Assembly (NCBI GenBank): GCA_964655595.1
Contig: CAZZPQ010000001.1
Coordinates: 144 to 64,143 of the forward strand
DNA: 64,000 nucleotides
Origin: an uncultured bacterium
GTDB lineage: Bacteria > Deinococcota > Deinococci > Deinococcales > Trueperaceae
Direction: 5' to 3'
Shown in pieces: positions 7,673 to 16,519 of this stretch (positions are counted from its first letter, which is position 1; each line of letters begins with the position of its first letter). Below the pieces are notes generated by a model. The model was not told the origin of the DNA. It worked only from the letters and a program-made list of their open reading frames with translations, and searched no databases. The translations under genes and the position numbers were made by a program.

Positions 7673-9559
7673 CTACTGCACCTGCTCGCGTTGCCCGAAA
7701 CTCTTGACGGTGACAAGCGCAGCATTGCGGTTTTGAATCACGGGGAAGGCTGGCGGTGCCATCCCAAAACGCATCCGAGGATCATAGGTGAAATTACGAC
7801 CATAACCCGACTTTACTATAGGATCGCCACCAGTTCCCGTAAAGGTACCAAAGCCACCATACTGGTTTTGAATAACGCCGCCCAGGAGGTTCACTGAACC
7901 TCGAGGAGATCCGCTGGCAAAGTTTTCAACTGTAACCACTTCACTGCCACTCATCAAGGTAGCATGAATGGCCACGTTATCCGGCGCATTCATCGTTGTA
8001 TCAGCATTGCTATTACCAATAAGCACACTGGCATTCGCCGAGTAAATGCCAAAAATATTATTTGCATTTGGGTTGGGACACACTGAGGCCGTCACAGTGC
8101 CATCAGGGTTGCGGGTCGGTCCCGCTGTGCAAGGGGGAATCTCATAGGTCAAGTCCCCCGTAATGCGAAACTGATCATTACCTGCCACGGTAATCTGGGC
8201 AAAGCTGGCAATCGCTGGTAGAGCGTCAGCTGGATTCAGGCTGGCAGCCGGATTGCGCCCTGGACCCGAGATGCGCTCAATCTCACCTTGTGCAAAAATC
8301 ACCCCATTAAAGCTTGGCTGTTCGACTACCCAGATAGTACCATCCCAGCGCATTAAATCACCGTTGTCTTGATAACGATATCTCTCACAGTTACCTGGCG
8401 CAAGACAGGATTCAATATATTGATATTGCGCGCCTGCAGCAACAGTATTCCCGTCAAGGTCACCTGCCCAGAAAGTCAGGCTGTGCAGATTGGCAGGCAA
8501 AAGCAAACCATTATCTTGCGCCAACTGTTGCTGATCAAAAGCGTTGGTAGGCAGTTCAATGTACTCCTCATTCCAGGTAACATTCGCCATAAACTGTGGG
8601 TTATGAACAACACCATCAAAATTAGTCAGATTGGGGAACATAGGATCTGGCCAGTCAGTCGAAGCGATGAGTTGATCGGAAGCTCCACCTGTTCCATCCG
8701 GCATCCGTCTGAACCGAGCACCTGGTATGAAAGTACCGTCACAACCCGTTATATCAGCTCGAGGGTTGGTACAACCCGCGCTTGTCACCACATCACCAAA
8801 CCAGGGAGTACCATGAAAACTAAAGTGACCATTGGTGTGTACTGGTCCATCGAACAGGGTTCTCTCAGTGAACCAGACCAACCCACCTCCTGGGGCAACA
8901 TGATTATTGGTGAAGAGTGCATACTGGGCAAAGCTGCCACTGCCCGTATCAAAATGAAACTCGCCCTGTAACACAACATTGCGGCGGTAGATGCCTGAGA
9001 CACCCTCCGAAACAAGCACGAAGGGTAAGGCATAAACCTGCGTGTTGATATCACCTCCTGCCTGACGGGGCACACCCTGAACAAACCTGGGGCTTGGCAG
9101 CCTCACTCCACTAGGTAACGTTGTGCCGCAAGCAACTGGGTTCGTGGCATCAAAGTACAAGCGTAGTCTCACCTCACCGCCATTGCCCAAATCAATAGGA
9201 TTGCACAGTGCGTTATTCACAATCGCTTGCAACTGTGTTGCTACAGGTCGCAAAGCCGTAGCCACCGAGTTGCCGGTTGGTGCATTGGCCCCCGAAGAGC
9301 TGGTTCCAAATGACCAGGCACCCGTTTGCAAATTGGCATTGACGATTTGACCTACGGCTTGAGTGAGAGGGATCGAGATAAAAGAATTGCCCAACTGCAC
9401 TCCGCCCCTTGCCAGCATCAGAGACTGGGTGACTGCCAGATTGTCGCGGCTATTTTGCAGGTTGTTGATGGTGCGCATGCTCATCAGCACGATAATACCC
9501 GCCACCACAACCATAAAGGTCAATGCGAGTAGTAGTGCCATACCTTGTTTTAGTTGCAT
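7673..9559 (-). CDS. large pseudopilin-operon protein, PilX N-terminal-like / ComZ-like
   Basis: 628 aa. The N-terminus MQLKQGMALLLALTFMVVVAGIIVLMSMRTINNL resembles the PilX N-terminal domain (no Glu5). It overlaps the upstream pseudopilin gene by 10 nt and is the last gene of the operon. Confidence 0.6.
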   Translation of the reverse strand: MQLKQGMALLLALTFMVVVAGIIVLMSMRTINNLQNSRDNLAVTQSLMLARGGVQLGNSFISIPLTQAVGQIVNANLQTGAWSFGTSSSGANAPTGNSVATALRPVATQLQAIVNNALCNPIDLGNGGEVRLRLYFDATNPVACGTTLPSGVRLPSPRFVQGVPRQAGGDINTQVYALPFVLVSEGVSGIYRRNVVLQGEFHFDTGSGSFAQYALFTNNHVAPGGGLVWFTERTLFDGPVHTNGHFSFHGTPWFGDVVTSAGCTNPRADITGCDGTFIPGARFRRMPDGTGGASDQLIASTDWPDPMFPNLTNFDGVVHNPQFMANVTWNEEYIELPTNAFDQQQLAQDNGLLLPANLHSLTFWAGDLDGNTVAAGAQYQYIESCLAPGNCERYRYQDNGDLMRWDGTIWVVEQPSFNGVIFAQGEIERISGPGRNPAASLNPADALPAIASFAQITVAGNDQFRITGDLTYEIPPCTAGPTRNPDGTVTASVCPNPNANNIFGIYSANASVLIGNSNADTTMNAPDNVAIHATLMSGSEVVTVENFASGSPRGSVNLLGGVIQNQYGGFGTFTGTGGDPIVKSGYGRNFTYDPRMRFGMAPPAFPVIQNRNAALVTVKSFGQREQVQ

Positions 9560-10389
9560 AGTGTCATCCCTTGAAAGGTACCGGAAAGTGAGTTGTTTAG
9601 GTTGATCTGACCTTTGTATTCAACGACTTGGGCATTCGCACCGACCTGGGTTGCCAGAATGATGTTGAAGCGCTCGAGATTATGGGTTTCTCCAGCGATA
9701 ACATCCGTGAGCAGGGGTGTCGTGCCACTGCTCCGAGGGGCATTGAACACTTGCGCATTATTGGTCGCCTGACTGACATAAACATATTCCAGATCAAAGC
9801 GGCCGATATCAAAGGCAACTGGAAGCTCGGGGCCAGCGCCAACTTGCTGGTACAGAATATTGTCGCTATCATCATAGCGGTAGCCCAGCATATCGACCTC
9901 AAAAAGGACGGTGTTTGGGTTAAAGGCTAAACCACTGCCGCAGCTAAAAGTAATTCTTTGAACGTCCCCCAAAAGCAAAGTGCTGGCAACATTCATCACA
10001 ATAGCCTGGTTACCTTGCACCAGCAAGGCTCGAGAGGTATCAGCAGCAAACAACTGATCGCCACTCACTGGTATCTCCACAGTCATTGTCCCAAAGCCAC
10101 TTTGGAGCACAGGGAAGCCCGCTCCACCACGCAACATCAGAAAAGAGACAGCATTGGTATCTGATGTATAAGGGACATTCAGAAGGCTACCCAGGAGACT
10201 ACCGCGCAAATCCTGAGTCAGGACTTCGCTAACCCGCCTCAGCTTACTCTGCGCCGCAACCACGTCTTCATGCGTCCGGAAGGTTCGCATACCTGTGATC
10301 ATGCCCATACTGGCAATAAAAAAAACGATGGCGATGATGGCTAGCGCAATCAGCATCTCGATCAGGCTCACGCCCGCTGTTTGGCGCAT
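9550..10389 (-). CDS. prepilin-type N-terminal cleavage/methylation domain protein (PilW-like minor pseudopilin)
   Basis: 279 aa with the leader and cleavage motif MRQTAG/VSLIEMLIALAIIAIVFF. Confidence 0.7.
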   Translation of the reverse strand: MRQTAGVSLIEMLIALAIIAIVFFIASMGMITGMRTFRTHEDVVAAQSKLRRVSEVLTQDLRGSLLGSLLNVPYTSDTNAVSFLMLRGGAGFPVLQSGFGTMTVEIPVSGDQLFAADTSRALLVQGNQAIVMNVASTLLLGDVQRITFSCGSGLAFNPNTVLFEVDMLGYRYDDSDNILYQQVGAGPELPVAFDIGRFDLEYVYVSQATNNAQVFNAPRSSGTTPLLTDVIAGETHNLERFNIILATQVGANAQVVEYKGQINLNNSLSGTFQGMTLCN

Positions 10390-10391
10390 GA

Positions 10392-10829
10392 TCAGTTGAC
10401 CCCCAGACGGTTAGCCGCGTTTGCCAGGGTTCGTCCGGTGACACAGCGGTCCGCACCCGCATCGTTAAAGCAAACCTCGAGCTCCACAATGGTACTCTCA
10501 GCCGCACCAATAGCCACCGTATCAATGATGGTCACCCTGGCACGGTAGCGGGCCAGATCATTCGTATTAATCCCACCACTGATATCCGTAAACAGCGCTG
10601 GAAGCTGGCCATAGGCCCAAATTGTTTCTGCTCCACTCAGCACACGTGCGTCTCCGCGCGCAACCAGCACGCTCAAAAAGTCCAGCACGGGCACCACCTG
10701 ACTGGTCTGTCCCGCAGTACTGGTACGCCGCAGGTTGGACACCAGTGTCGTGGTGAGAACCGTTGACAGGATGCCCAGAATCGCCACAGCGATAACGACC
10801 TCCATCAGACTCAAACCCTGTTTTTTCAT
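10392..10829 (-). CDS. prepilin-type minor pseudopilin (PilV-like)
   Basis: 145 aa with MKKQG/LSLMEVVIAVAILGIL. It shares an ATGA overlap with the upstream gene. Confidence 0.7.
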   Translation of the reverse strand: MKKQGLSLMEVVIAVAILGILSTVLTTTLVSNLRRTSTAGQTSQVVPVLDFLSVLVARGDARVLSGAETIWAYGQLPALFTDISGGINTNDLARYRARVTIIDTVAIGAAESTIVELEVCFNDAGADRCVTGRTLANAANRLGVN

Positions 10830-11344
10830 GGTAATTCCTTCCAGCGTGCTTCGCCGATGACGGAAAGCTCGAGTTCGTACTGTTTGCCCGAAAGACTGAG
10901 TGTTGTACCGCTAACGGCAGCCAGATCATCGGGGTGAAGCCTGCCCTGGGGCAAAAAGCGAATGACTACCCCATCCGCCCAGCCCAGACTGGCAGATTCT
11001 GCCAGGTCCGCCTGGCGTAAAATCCGGTTGTTGGCAGTGTCTCGCAGGCGCAGGTTTTGCCCTGCACGCTCGAGATTGACCACCACCCCACGCGACGCTG
11101 CCGCTGTCGCACCCTGCCCTACATACTGCTGAATGGTCCTGAGCGCAGCCGCTTCGTCCTGGGAACGCATAATCGTGCGCCCACTCACCACCGCTACCCC
11201 GGCTATGATGCCAATAATTGCCAGTACCAGCAAAATCTCCATCATTGAGAAGCCTGCCTGATGCCTGGGCACATTGGCTTGCCTAAGCCGTGAATCAGAC
11301 GCTTCTGATGGTTTATCTCTTAATTTGCCAAGCACATCGCTCAC
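10826..11344 (-). CDS. prepilin-type minor pseudopilin (GspH/FimT-like); real start may be GTG at 11272
   Basis: Contains the cleavage motif QAG/FSMMEILLVLAIIGIIAG. From ATG 11344 the leader would be 31 aa. GTG at 11272 would give a normal 7-aa leader (M)PRHQAG. Confidence 0.7.
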   Translation of the reverse strand: MSDVLGKLRDKPSEASDSRLRQANVPRHQAGFSMMEILLVLAIIGIIAGVAVVSGRTIMRSQDEAAALRTIQQYVGQGATAAASRGVVVNLERAGQNLRLRDTANNRILRQADLAESASLGWADGVVIRFLPQGRLHPDDLAAVSGTTLSLSGKQYELELSVIGEARWKELP

Positions 11345-11499
11345 CCTTCACAACGCCGCCGCATTTTTGGCTCCTGCATTTTTAGTCAGGTCTGACAAGC
11401 AAACCTCACCTCTTTAAACTATCCAAGTCTAGTTGAGTACCTCTTACAAAAAACTTAAACTTATCGTGCCAGCTTGCAGCGAGCAGCTCAGCTTTCCCG

Positions 11500-11505
11500 T
11501 AAAAT
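11500..11505 (+). promoter_or_regulatory. -10-like hexamer TAAAAT 6 nt upstream of the pdxH ATG (possible leaderless transcript)
   Basis: The sequence reads TAAAAT-AGAAAA-ATG with no Shine-Dalgarno. No convincing -35 was seen. Confidence 0.3.
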
Positions 11506-11511
11506 AGAAAA

Positions 11512-12147
11512 ATGGCACTACACGATATTCGCAAGAGCTACAGTGCATCTCAACTTGATGAAGACAAGATGCTGCCAAACCCCATCGAACAGTTCGATCA
11601 GTGGCTTAAGGACGCCTTTGACGCGGAGATACTCGAGCCAACTGCGATGGTACTGGCGACTGCTGATGCGGCGGGTCATCCTGCGGCGCGCATGGTATTA
11701 CTCAAAGGCGTACAGGACAATGGCTTTATCTTTTACAGCAACTATGGCTCTCACAAAGGGCATGACTTACAGGAAAACCCGCAGGCGGCGCTGCTTTTCT
11801 ACTGGGATAAACTCGAGCGCCAGGTGCGTATTGAAGGCAGCGTCACACGCTTGAGCCGCGAAGCCTCAGCAGCTTACTTCAGCAGTCGCCCCTATGGCAG
11901 CCAAGTGGCTGCGGCAGCCTCGAGACAATCGACGGTGCTGGCAAATCGGGCGGCACTTGAAGCGCAGTTCGAGGAATTAGCTGAGCGCTACCCCGAAGGG
12001 TCATTATCTCTGCCAGAAGATTGGGGCGGCTACGCGCTGAGCGCTGAGTTGCTCGAGTTCTGGCAAGGTCGCCCCAACCGCATGCATGATAGGCTGCAAT
12101 ACCGCAAAACCCCCCAAGGCTGGCTGCTGGAACGCCTGGCCCCTTAA
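11512..12147 (+). CDS. pdxH: pyridoxamine 5'-phosphate oxidase
   Basis: 211 aa with the motifs MVLATADAAGHPAARMVLLKG, FYSNYGSHKG, FWQGRPNRMHDRLQY and a C-terminal ERLAP, typical of PdxH. Confidence 0.9.
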   Translation: MALHDIRKSYSASQLDEDKMLPNPIEQFDQWLKDAFDAEILEPTAMVLATADAAGHPAARMVLLKGVQDNGFIFYSNYGSHKGHDLQENPQAALLFYWDKLERQVRIEGSVTRLSREASAAYFSSRPYGSQVAAAASRQSTVLANRAALEAQFEELAERYPEGSLSLPEDWGGYALSAELLEFWQGRPNRMHDRLQYRKTPQGWLLERLAP

Positions 12148-12157
12148 GGAGATGAGC

Positions 12158-13069
12158 ATGTCTAAAGGTACCCACGAAGCCCTGCCGGATGAGCGCAATG
12201 CCGGTATCCTTATAAATATCAACGGCGAGTACTATCCCCGTGACGAGGCAAAAATCTCTGTGTTTGACAGTGGCTATCTGGTTGGCGATGGTGTCTGGGA
12301 AGGCATCAGACTGCATGAAGGCAAGTTCGCATTTTTGGACTTGCACCTAAACAGGCTCTATCAGGGGGCCAAAGCCATTGACTTGAATATTGGCAAGAGC
12401 AAGCAGGAATTAAGTGACATGCTCTACGACACGGTGCATAAAAACCAGATGCATAGCAACGTGCACGTGCGCCTGATGGTCACCCGTGGCAACAAGAAAA
12501 CCCCGTCCCAGGACCCACGCCTGACCATCAGCGGACCCAACATTGTGATTATTGCTGAGCACAAGGTCGCCAGTCCAACAGTCGCGGCAAGTGGCATCAG
12601 TCTTTTTACCAGCAGTGTGCGCCGCCCACCCCCACAAACACTGGACGCTAAACTCAACTGCCACAGCAAGCTGCATGAGGTCATCGCTCTGATTCAGGCG
12701 CTCAAGGCCGGGGCCGATGAAGCCCTGATGCTGGATGTTCACGGCAATGTTGCCACCTGCAACGCCACTAATTTTTTTATCGTAACAGGTGGCGAAGTAT
12801 GGACCTCGAGTGGTCAGCACTGTTTAAATGGCATTACCCGCCGCTTGGTGATTGAACTCTGTCAGGCTCACGACATAGCCGTACGCGAACGGGATTTCTC
12901 ACTCACCGACGTTTATAGCGCTGAGGAAGCCTTTGTCACCGGGACTTTTGGCAGCCTCACGCCGGTTGTGCAGATTGATGGTCGGCAGATTGGTGAGGGT
13001 ATACCGGGCGAACTGACCCAGCGCCTGAGCAGACTTTACAAAGCCGCTGTTGCAGAAGTCACCGCATGA
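12158..13069 (+). CDS. class IV (branched-chain / D-amino acid type) PLP-dependent aminotransferase
   Basis: AAGGAG lies 6 nt before ATG 12158. The motifs VFDSGYLVGDGVWEGIRL, HLNRLYQGAKAI and GITR..V fit fold type IV. Confidence 0.85.
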   Translation: MSKGTHEALPDERNAGILININGEYYPRDEAKISVFDSGYLVGDGVWEGIRLHEGKFAFLDLHLNRLYQGAKAIDLNIGKSKQELSDMLYDTVHKNQMHSNVHVRLMVTRGNKKTPSQDPRLTISGPNIVIIAEHKVASPTVAASGISLFTSSVRRPPPQTLDAKLNCHSKLHEVIALIQALKAGADEALMLDVHGNVATCNATNFFIVTGGEVWTSSGQHCLNGITRRLVIELCQAHDIAVRERDFSLTDVYSAEEAFVTGTFGSLTPVVQIDGRQIGEGIPGELTQRLSRLYKAAVAEVTA

Positions 13070-13791
13070 ACAGTCGCCGCATTTCCATGTGGTCCGGGCC
13101 GCGCAACATCTCTACCGCCATTATGTACAGCTTCAGGCAGCGAACGGACACCACCGTGGTCGATGAACCCTTGTATGGCCACTATCTCAGAACCACGGGC
13201 GTCCGCCATCCGGGTGACGCAGAAGTCATAGCACACATGAACTGTGATGCAAAACGGGTTATTCAGGACACACTTCTGGCGACGGGTCCAACAGCCATCC
13301 GTTTTTATAAAAACATGGCCCATCATCTGACGGGTTTAGAGCTGGGTTTTCTGAGCAAACTCGAGAACATCCTGCTGATTCGTGACCCGCGGGAGATGCT
13401 ACCCTCACTGGCCCAGCAGATTCCCGAACCCAGCCTGCGAGATACCGGTCTTGGCGAACAGGTCACTATTCTTGAGAAGCTGCTCGAGCAGGAACAAGAG
13501 CCTATCGTTCTGGATGCCAGAGAGCTGCTACTTAACCCCAGGGGCGTGCTTAGCGTTCTCTGTCAGAAACTCAGACTTTCCTTTGAGGAGCAAATGCTCG
13601 CCTGGGAAGCTGGGCCTAAAGCCGAAGATGGCGTTTGGGCCAGGTACTGGTATCAGAACGTACACCAAAGCACTGGTTTTGAAGCCTATCAGGCTAAAAC
13701 GACTCCCTTTCCAGAAACACTCTCTCCCCTATTGCAAGACTGCCAACCACTTTATGACCAGCTCTATACCCATGCCATCCGAGTGCCCTAA
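13066..13791 (+). CDS. P-loop-like / sulfotransferase-like protein of unknown function
   Basis: 241 aa with an ATGA overlap to the aminotransferase. WSGPRNISTAIMYSF...VVDEPLY and MLAWEAGPKAEDGVWARYWYQNVHQSTGF match, from memory, the N-terminal domain of plant BCAT-like proteins. Confidence 0.6.
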   Translation: MNSRRISMWSGPRNISTAIMYSFRQRTDTTVVDEPLYGHYLRTTGVRHPGDAEVIAHMNCDAKRVIQDTLLATGPTAIRFYKNMAHHLTGLELGFLSKLENILLIRDPREMLPSLAQQIPEPSLRDTGLGEQVTILEKLLEQEQEPIVLDARELLLNPRGVLSVLCQKLRLSFEEQMLAWEAGPKAEDGVWARYWYQNVHQSTGFEAYQAKTTPFPETLSPLLQDCQPLYDQLYTHAIRVP

Positions 13792-13902
13792 TACCGAGCC
13801 CGATAAATTGCTTAAAGATTTCAAAAGCAATCTTCGCTTCCTAACGCTCTGCTCGGGATAAATCATTGGGATAAACCCAATGATTTATCCGGAACTGGTA
13901 TA
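13790..13902 (+). repeat. F1 intergenic repeat, long form
   Basis: A full copy. The hairpin GGATAAATCATTGGG-ATAAA-CCCAATGATTTATCC (13856-13890) carries a compensatory double change relative to 2173-2207. The 5' end overlaps the TAA stop of gene 13066-13791. Confidence 0.85.
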
Positions 13903-14113
13903 AAACCAAAACTGTTGACGCTATCATCCCGACCGCTGGCAGAAGATCAAGCAGTTAGCGACTAGCTGAAAGGCTGTCAACCAAAGACAGGAAGATACGG
14001 AAATGAAGGAGATAAAGGAATAGAGACAATTCTCATCGCTCATTGCTTTTAACTCATTGCTTTTAACTCATTGCTGCCTTTCAGCATTCAACATTGATCC
14101 ACGACCCCAAGAC

Positions 14114-15181
14114 TCAAGGCAGATCCCAACGCCACACTGGACCATTGATACCCTCGATACTTGTGGGCAAGTCGTCAATTTTCACCACTGACCAGTCCTC
14201 CAGGTCAAAGGCTGTCACTTCCCAGCGCAGTGGGCTGAACCAAATATCCAGCAGTTGCACCGTGCTACGAGCTGCATCCATGCCCAAAAGTCGCCGCGCA
14301 GGAATGCCGCCAGTATGAAGCAAGTAGAGCTGCCCCACACGTCCTGGAAAAAAGGCGTGATGGTGTCCACTGATATACAGTTGCACCTCGTGTTCCTGAA
14401 GTAGCGCGATCAGCTCACCACCGGCGGTTATGACTTCACCAGCGCGGTTACGCCCTTCAGCAATGCCGATGAGTGGCAGGTGCCCGACAACAACACGCAT
14501 CTCTGCGTTCTGCGCCGCATCTGAAGATAGTTGTGACAGTAGCCAGTCCCGCTGCCAGTCGTCCAAGTTGGCGCTCGAGGCGTCAATCACTACAATAAAT
14601 AAACCCTCCAGCACAAAGCTATAGTGAAAGGGAAAATCCTCTCGGGACATGTAGCTCAGGTTGTGCTGATACATGTCCTGCTGCCAGTAAGTTCGCGCCG
14701 CTTCACGCTCACGAGCAAAGATGTAGCTGCCACCCTGCTGCTGACTCGAGCCGTCATGATTGCCGAGCGCTACCGCGTAGGGAATGTCAGCTTGGCGCAA
14801 GGGCGTAGCAACATGATGATCAAAAGCAGCCCACATCTCAGTAAAGCGCTCAGTGGGTAGGTCCCGGCTCTGACCTGCGATAACGTCCCCAGCCGATAAA
14901 AACAGATCCGGTTGCCATAAGGTAGTGTATGCCAGTACCTCCCCTACCACAACTGGATAGCTCAAAGACCCATAAGAGGCATTAAAATCACTGAGAATAA
15001 CCAGGCGAATATCGCCACGCTCAGGGTTGGCAGGCTGTGCCACCACCAAAAAGCCAAGGGAAATAACCATGTAAAAAACAGTAGCCCTGCTCCACTGCGC
15101 GCCCCTAGACCTCAGGCTGGCAACCGCTGCACATAAATGCGTAATCCACCAGTTAGCATGAGTTATGTCCAGATTTCCCAT
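14114..15181 (-). CDS. calcineurin-like metallophosphoesterase, membrane-anchored or secreted
   Basis: 355 aa with the motifs ILSDFN, GDVIAG, GNHD, GHLPL and SGHHHAF, plus an N-terminal hydrophobic segment. Confidence 0.8.
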   Translation of the reverse strand: MGNLDITHANWWITHLCAAVASLRSRGAQWSRATVFYMVISLGFLVVAQPANPERGDIRLVILSDFNASYGSLSYPVVVGEVLAYTTLWQPDLFLSAGDVIAGQSRDLPTERFTEMWAAFDHHVATPLRQADIPYAVALGNHDGSSQQQGGSYIFAREREAARTYWQQDMYQHNLSYMSREDFPFHYSFVLEGLFIVVIDASSANLDDWQRDWLLSQLSSDAAQNAEMRVVVGHLPLIGIAEGRNRAGEVITAGGELIALLQEHEVQLYISGHHHAFFPGRVGQLYLLHTGGIPARRLLGMDAARSTVQLLDIWFSPLRWEVTAFDLEDWSVVKIDDLPTSIEGINGPVWRWDLP

Positions 15182-15231
15182 TCAATCACCCTAGCGCTTA
15201 TACTGGATGAAAGCAAGCGAAAGGAGTTTTC

Positions 15232-16089
15232 ATGATTCCCCATCTCACATTCGGTCGCAGCAAGCACGAAAGCACACGCGCTATTTTTGGTGCTGCCTCT
15301 CTCGGTCAGGTCAGTCAGGGCGATGCAGACAAAACCCTTGACCTGCTGCTCGAGTATGGCATCAACCACATCGACACCGCCGCAAGTTATGGCGACTCTG
15401 AACTGCGTATTGCCCCCTGGCTCAGGCGCTACCCCAAGACTTTTTTTCTGGCGACCAAAACCGGCGAGCGCAGCTACCAGGCCGCCCGCGATGAACTGCA
15501 TCGCTCGCTCGAGCGCCTGGGCGTCGACCGCGTTGACTCGATTCAGCTGCACAATCTGGCTCAGGACGATGAATGGGATATTGCCTTAGGTCCCGGTGGC
15601 GCACTCGAGGCACTTATCGAAGCGAGAGACGCCGGGCTGGTTAAGCATATCGGCGTTACCGGACATGGTCTTCAAATTGCCAGAATGCACTTAAAAAGCC
15701 TCGAGGTGTTTGACTTTGACTCGGTGCTCTTCCCCTATAGCTATATTCTCATGCAACATCCCCAGTACGCTGCGGATGTTCAAGCGCTTATGGCAGTCTG
15801 CCAGGAACGCAAGGTTGCCATGCAAACCATCAAGGCGATTACCCGGCGTCCCTGGGGTGAGGGCCAGCAAACACGGGCCACCTGGTACGAGCCTTTAGAA
15901 ACCCAGGAAGACATCGACACCATGGTGCACTGGGTAATGGGAGAAGCTGAGGTCTTTCTCTGCACGGTTGGTGACATTGGGCTCCTGCCCAAAATGCTGA
16001 AAGCCGTGAGTGCCTACCAAAGCCCACCCAGTGAGGTACAGTTGCAGACCAGTTTGCAGCAGCGCGACATGGCACCGCTATTCACTTAA
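15232..16089 (+). CDS. aldo/keto reductase
   Basis: GAAAGGAG precedes the ATG. The motifs [11 protein letters not shown] and IGVTGHG and the ~285-aa length fit the AKR family. Confidence 0.88.
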   Translation: MIPHLTFGRSKHESTRAIFGAASLGQVSQGDADKTLDLLLEYGINHIDTAASYGDSELRIAPWLRRYPKTFFLATKTGERSYQAARDELHRSLERLGVDRVDSIQLHNLAQDDEWDIALGPGGALEALIEARDAGLVKHIGVTGHGLQIARMHLKSLEVFDFDSVLFPYSYILMQHPQYAADVQALMAVCQERKVAMQTIKAITRRPWGEGQQTRATWYEPLETQEDIDTMVHWVMGEAEVFLCTVGDIGLLPKMLKAVSAYQSPPSEVQLQTSLQQRDMAPLFT

Positions 16090-16153
16090 TACAATCCCAG
16101 TAATCCCCTCATTTGTCACCCTGAGCGAATGCCCAGGGTCTCTTTATCCCACT

Positions 16154-16233
16154 AAACTTCTTGCGAAAGTATCAATTGGGCAATCTTAAGGCCGATTAGA
16201 ATCGCTAGCAATCTGGACTTTTGCAAGAGGTCT
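16154..16233 (+). repeat. F2 intergenic repeat (~80 bp, ~20-bp terminal inverted repeats)
   Basis: AAACTTCTTGCGAAAGTATCAA...ATCTGGACTTTTGCAAGAGGTCT. It is near-identical to 34615-34694 and to the reverse complement of 48938-49017. Confidence 0.8.
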
Positions 16234-16380
16234 ACTGCAAAAAGCAGACGCCTGGGCTTCGCCTCGGCATAACGATGTGAGACCAGTAGCAGCTCCACGA
16301 CAAAACCTTAAACTGTCTTGACGCCTGGCTTTCAACCCCCCAGGTCGCACGAGCATCCTTAAAGACACTTTCGTGGTAGT

Positions 16381-16495
16381 GCTTCAGCTTCGGATAAATC
16401 ATTGGGATAAACCCGGCGATTTATCCCGAGCAGAGCGAGCAGGAACTGAGACACGGCTTCGCAAATCTGCAAGTAATTTGTCAGGTTCGGCAGAA
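16381..16495 (-). repeat. F1 intergenic repeat, diverged copy, the only minus-orientation one
   Basis: The reverse complement aligns with F1: GGATAAATCATTGGG..GATTTATCC CGAGCAGAGCG..AGGAA...CAAATCT..AATTT. It has many substitutions. Confidence 0.55.
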
Positions 16496-16519
16496 TGTTG
16501 CGTCTAGGTGATGAATCCC

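Noticed and set aside
14039-14078. A 14-bp tandem repeat CTCATTGCTTTTAA x2 plus a partial third unit, downstream of the metallophosphoesterase gene.
   Set aside because: It is a single short locus of under 3 units with no other copies in the window and no associated structure. It is most simply a slippage duplication.
16234-16380. An unexplained ~150-bp spacer between F2 and F1 downstream of infB, with the duplicated motif GACGCCTGG(G)CTT (about 16248 and 16320) and a GGCTTTCA(A)CCCC segment also seen at 48746-48757.
   Set aside because: I could derive no convincing fold, ORF or known ncRNA signature (tmRNA, RNase P, SRP or 6S motifs are absent). The ORF-track entry 16186-16368 looks spurious.
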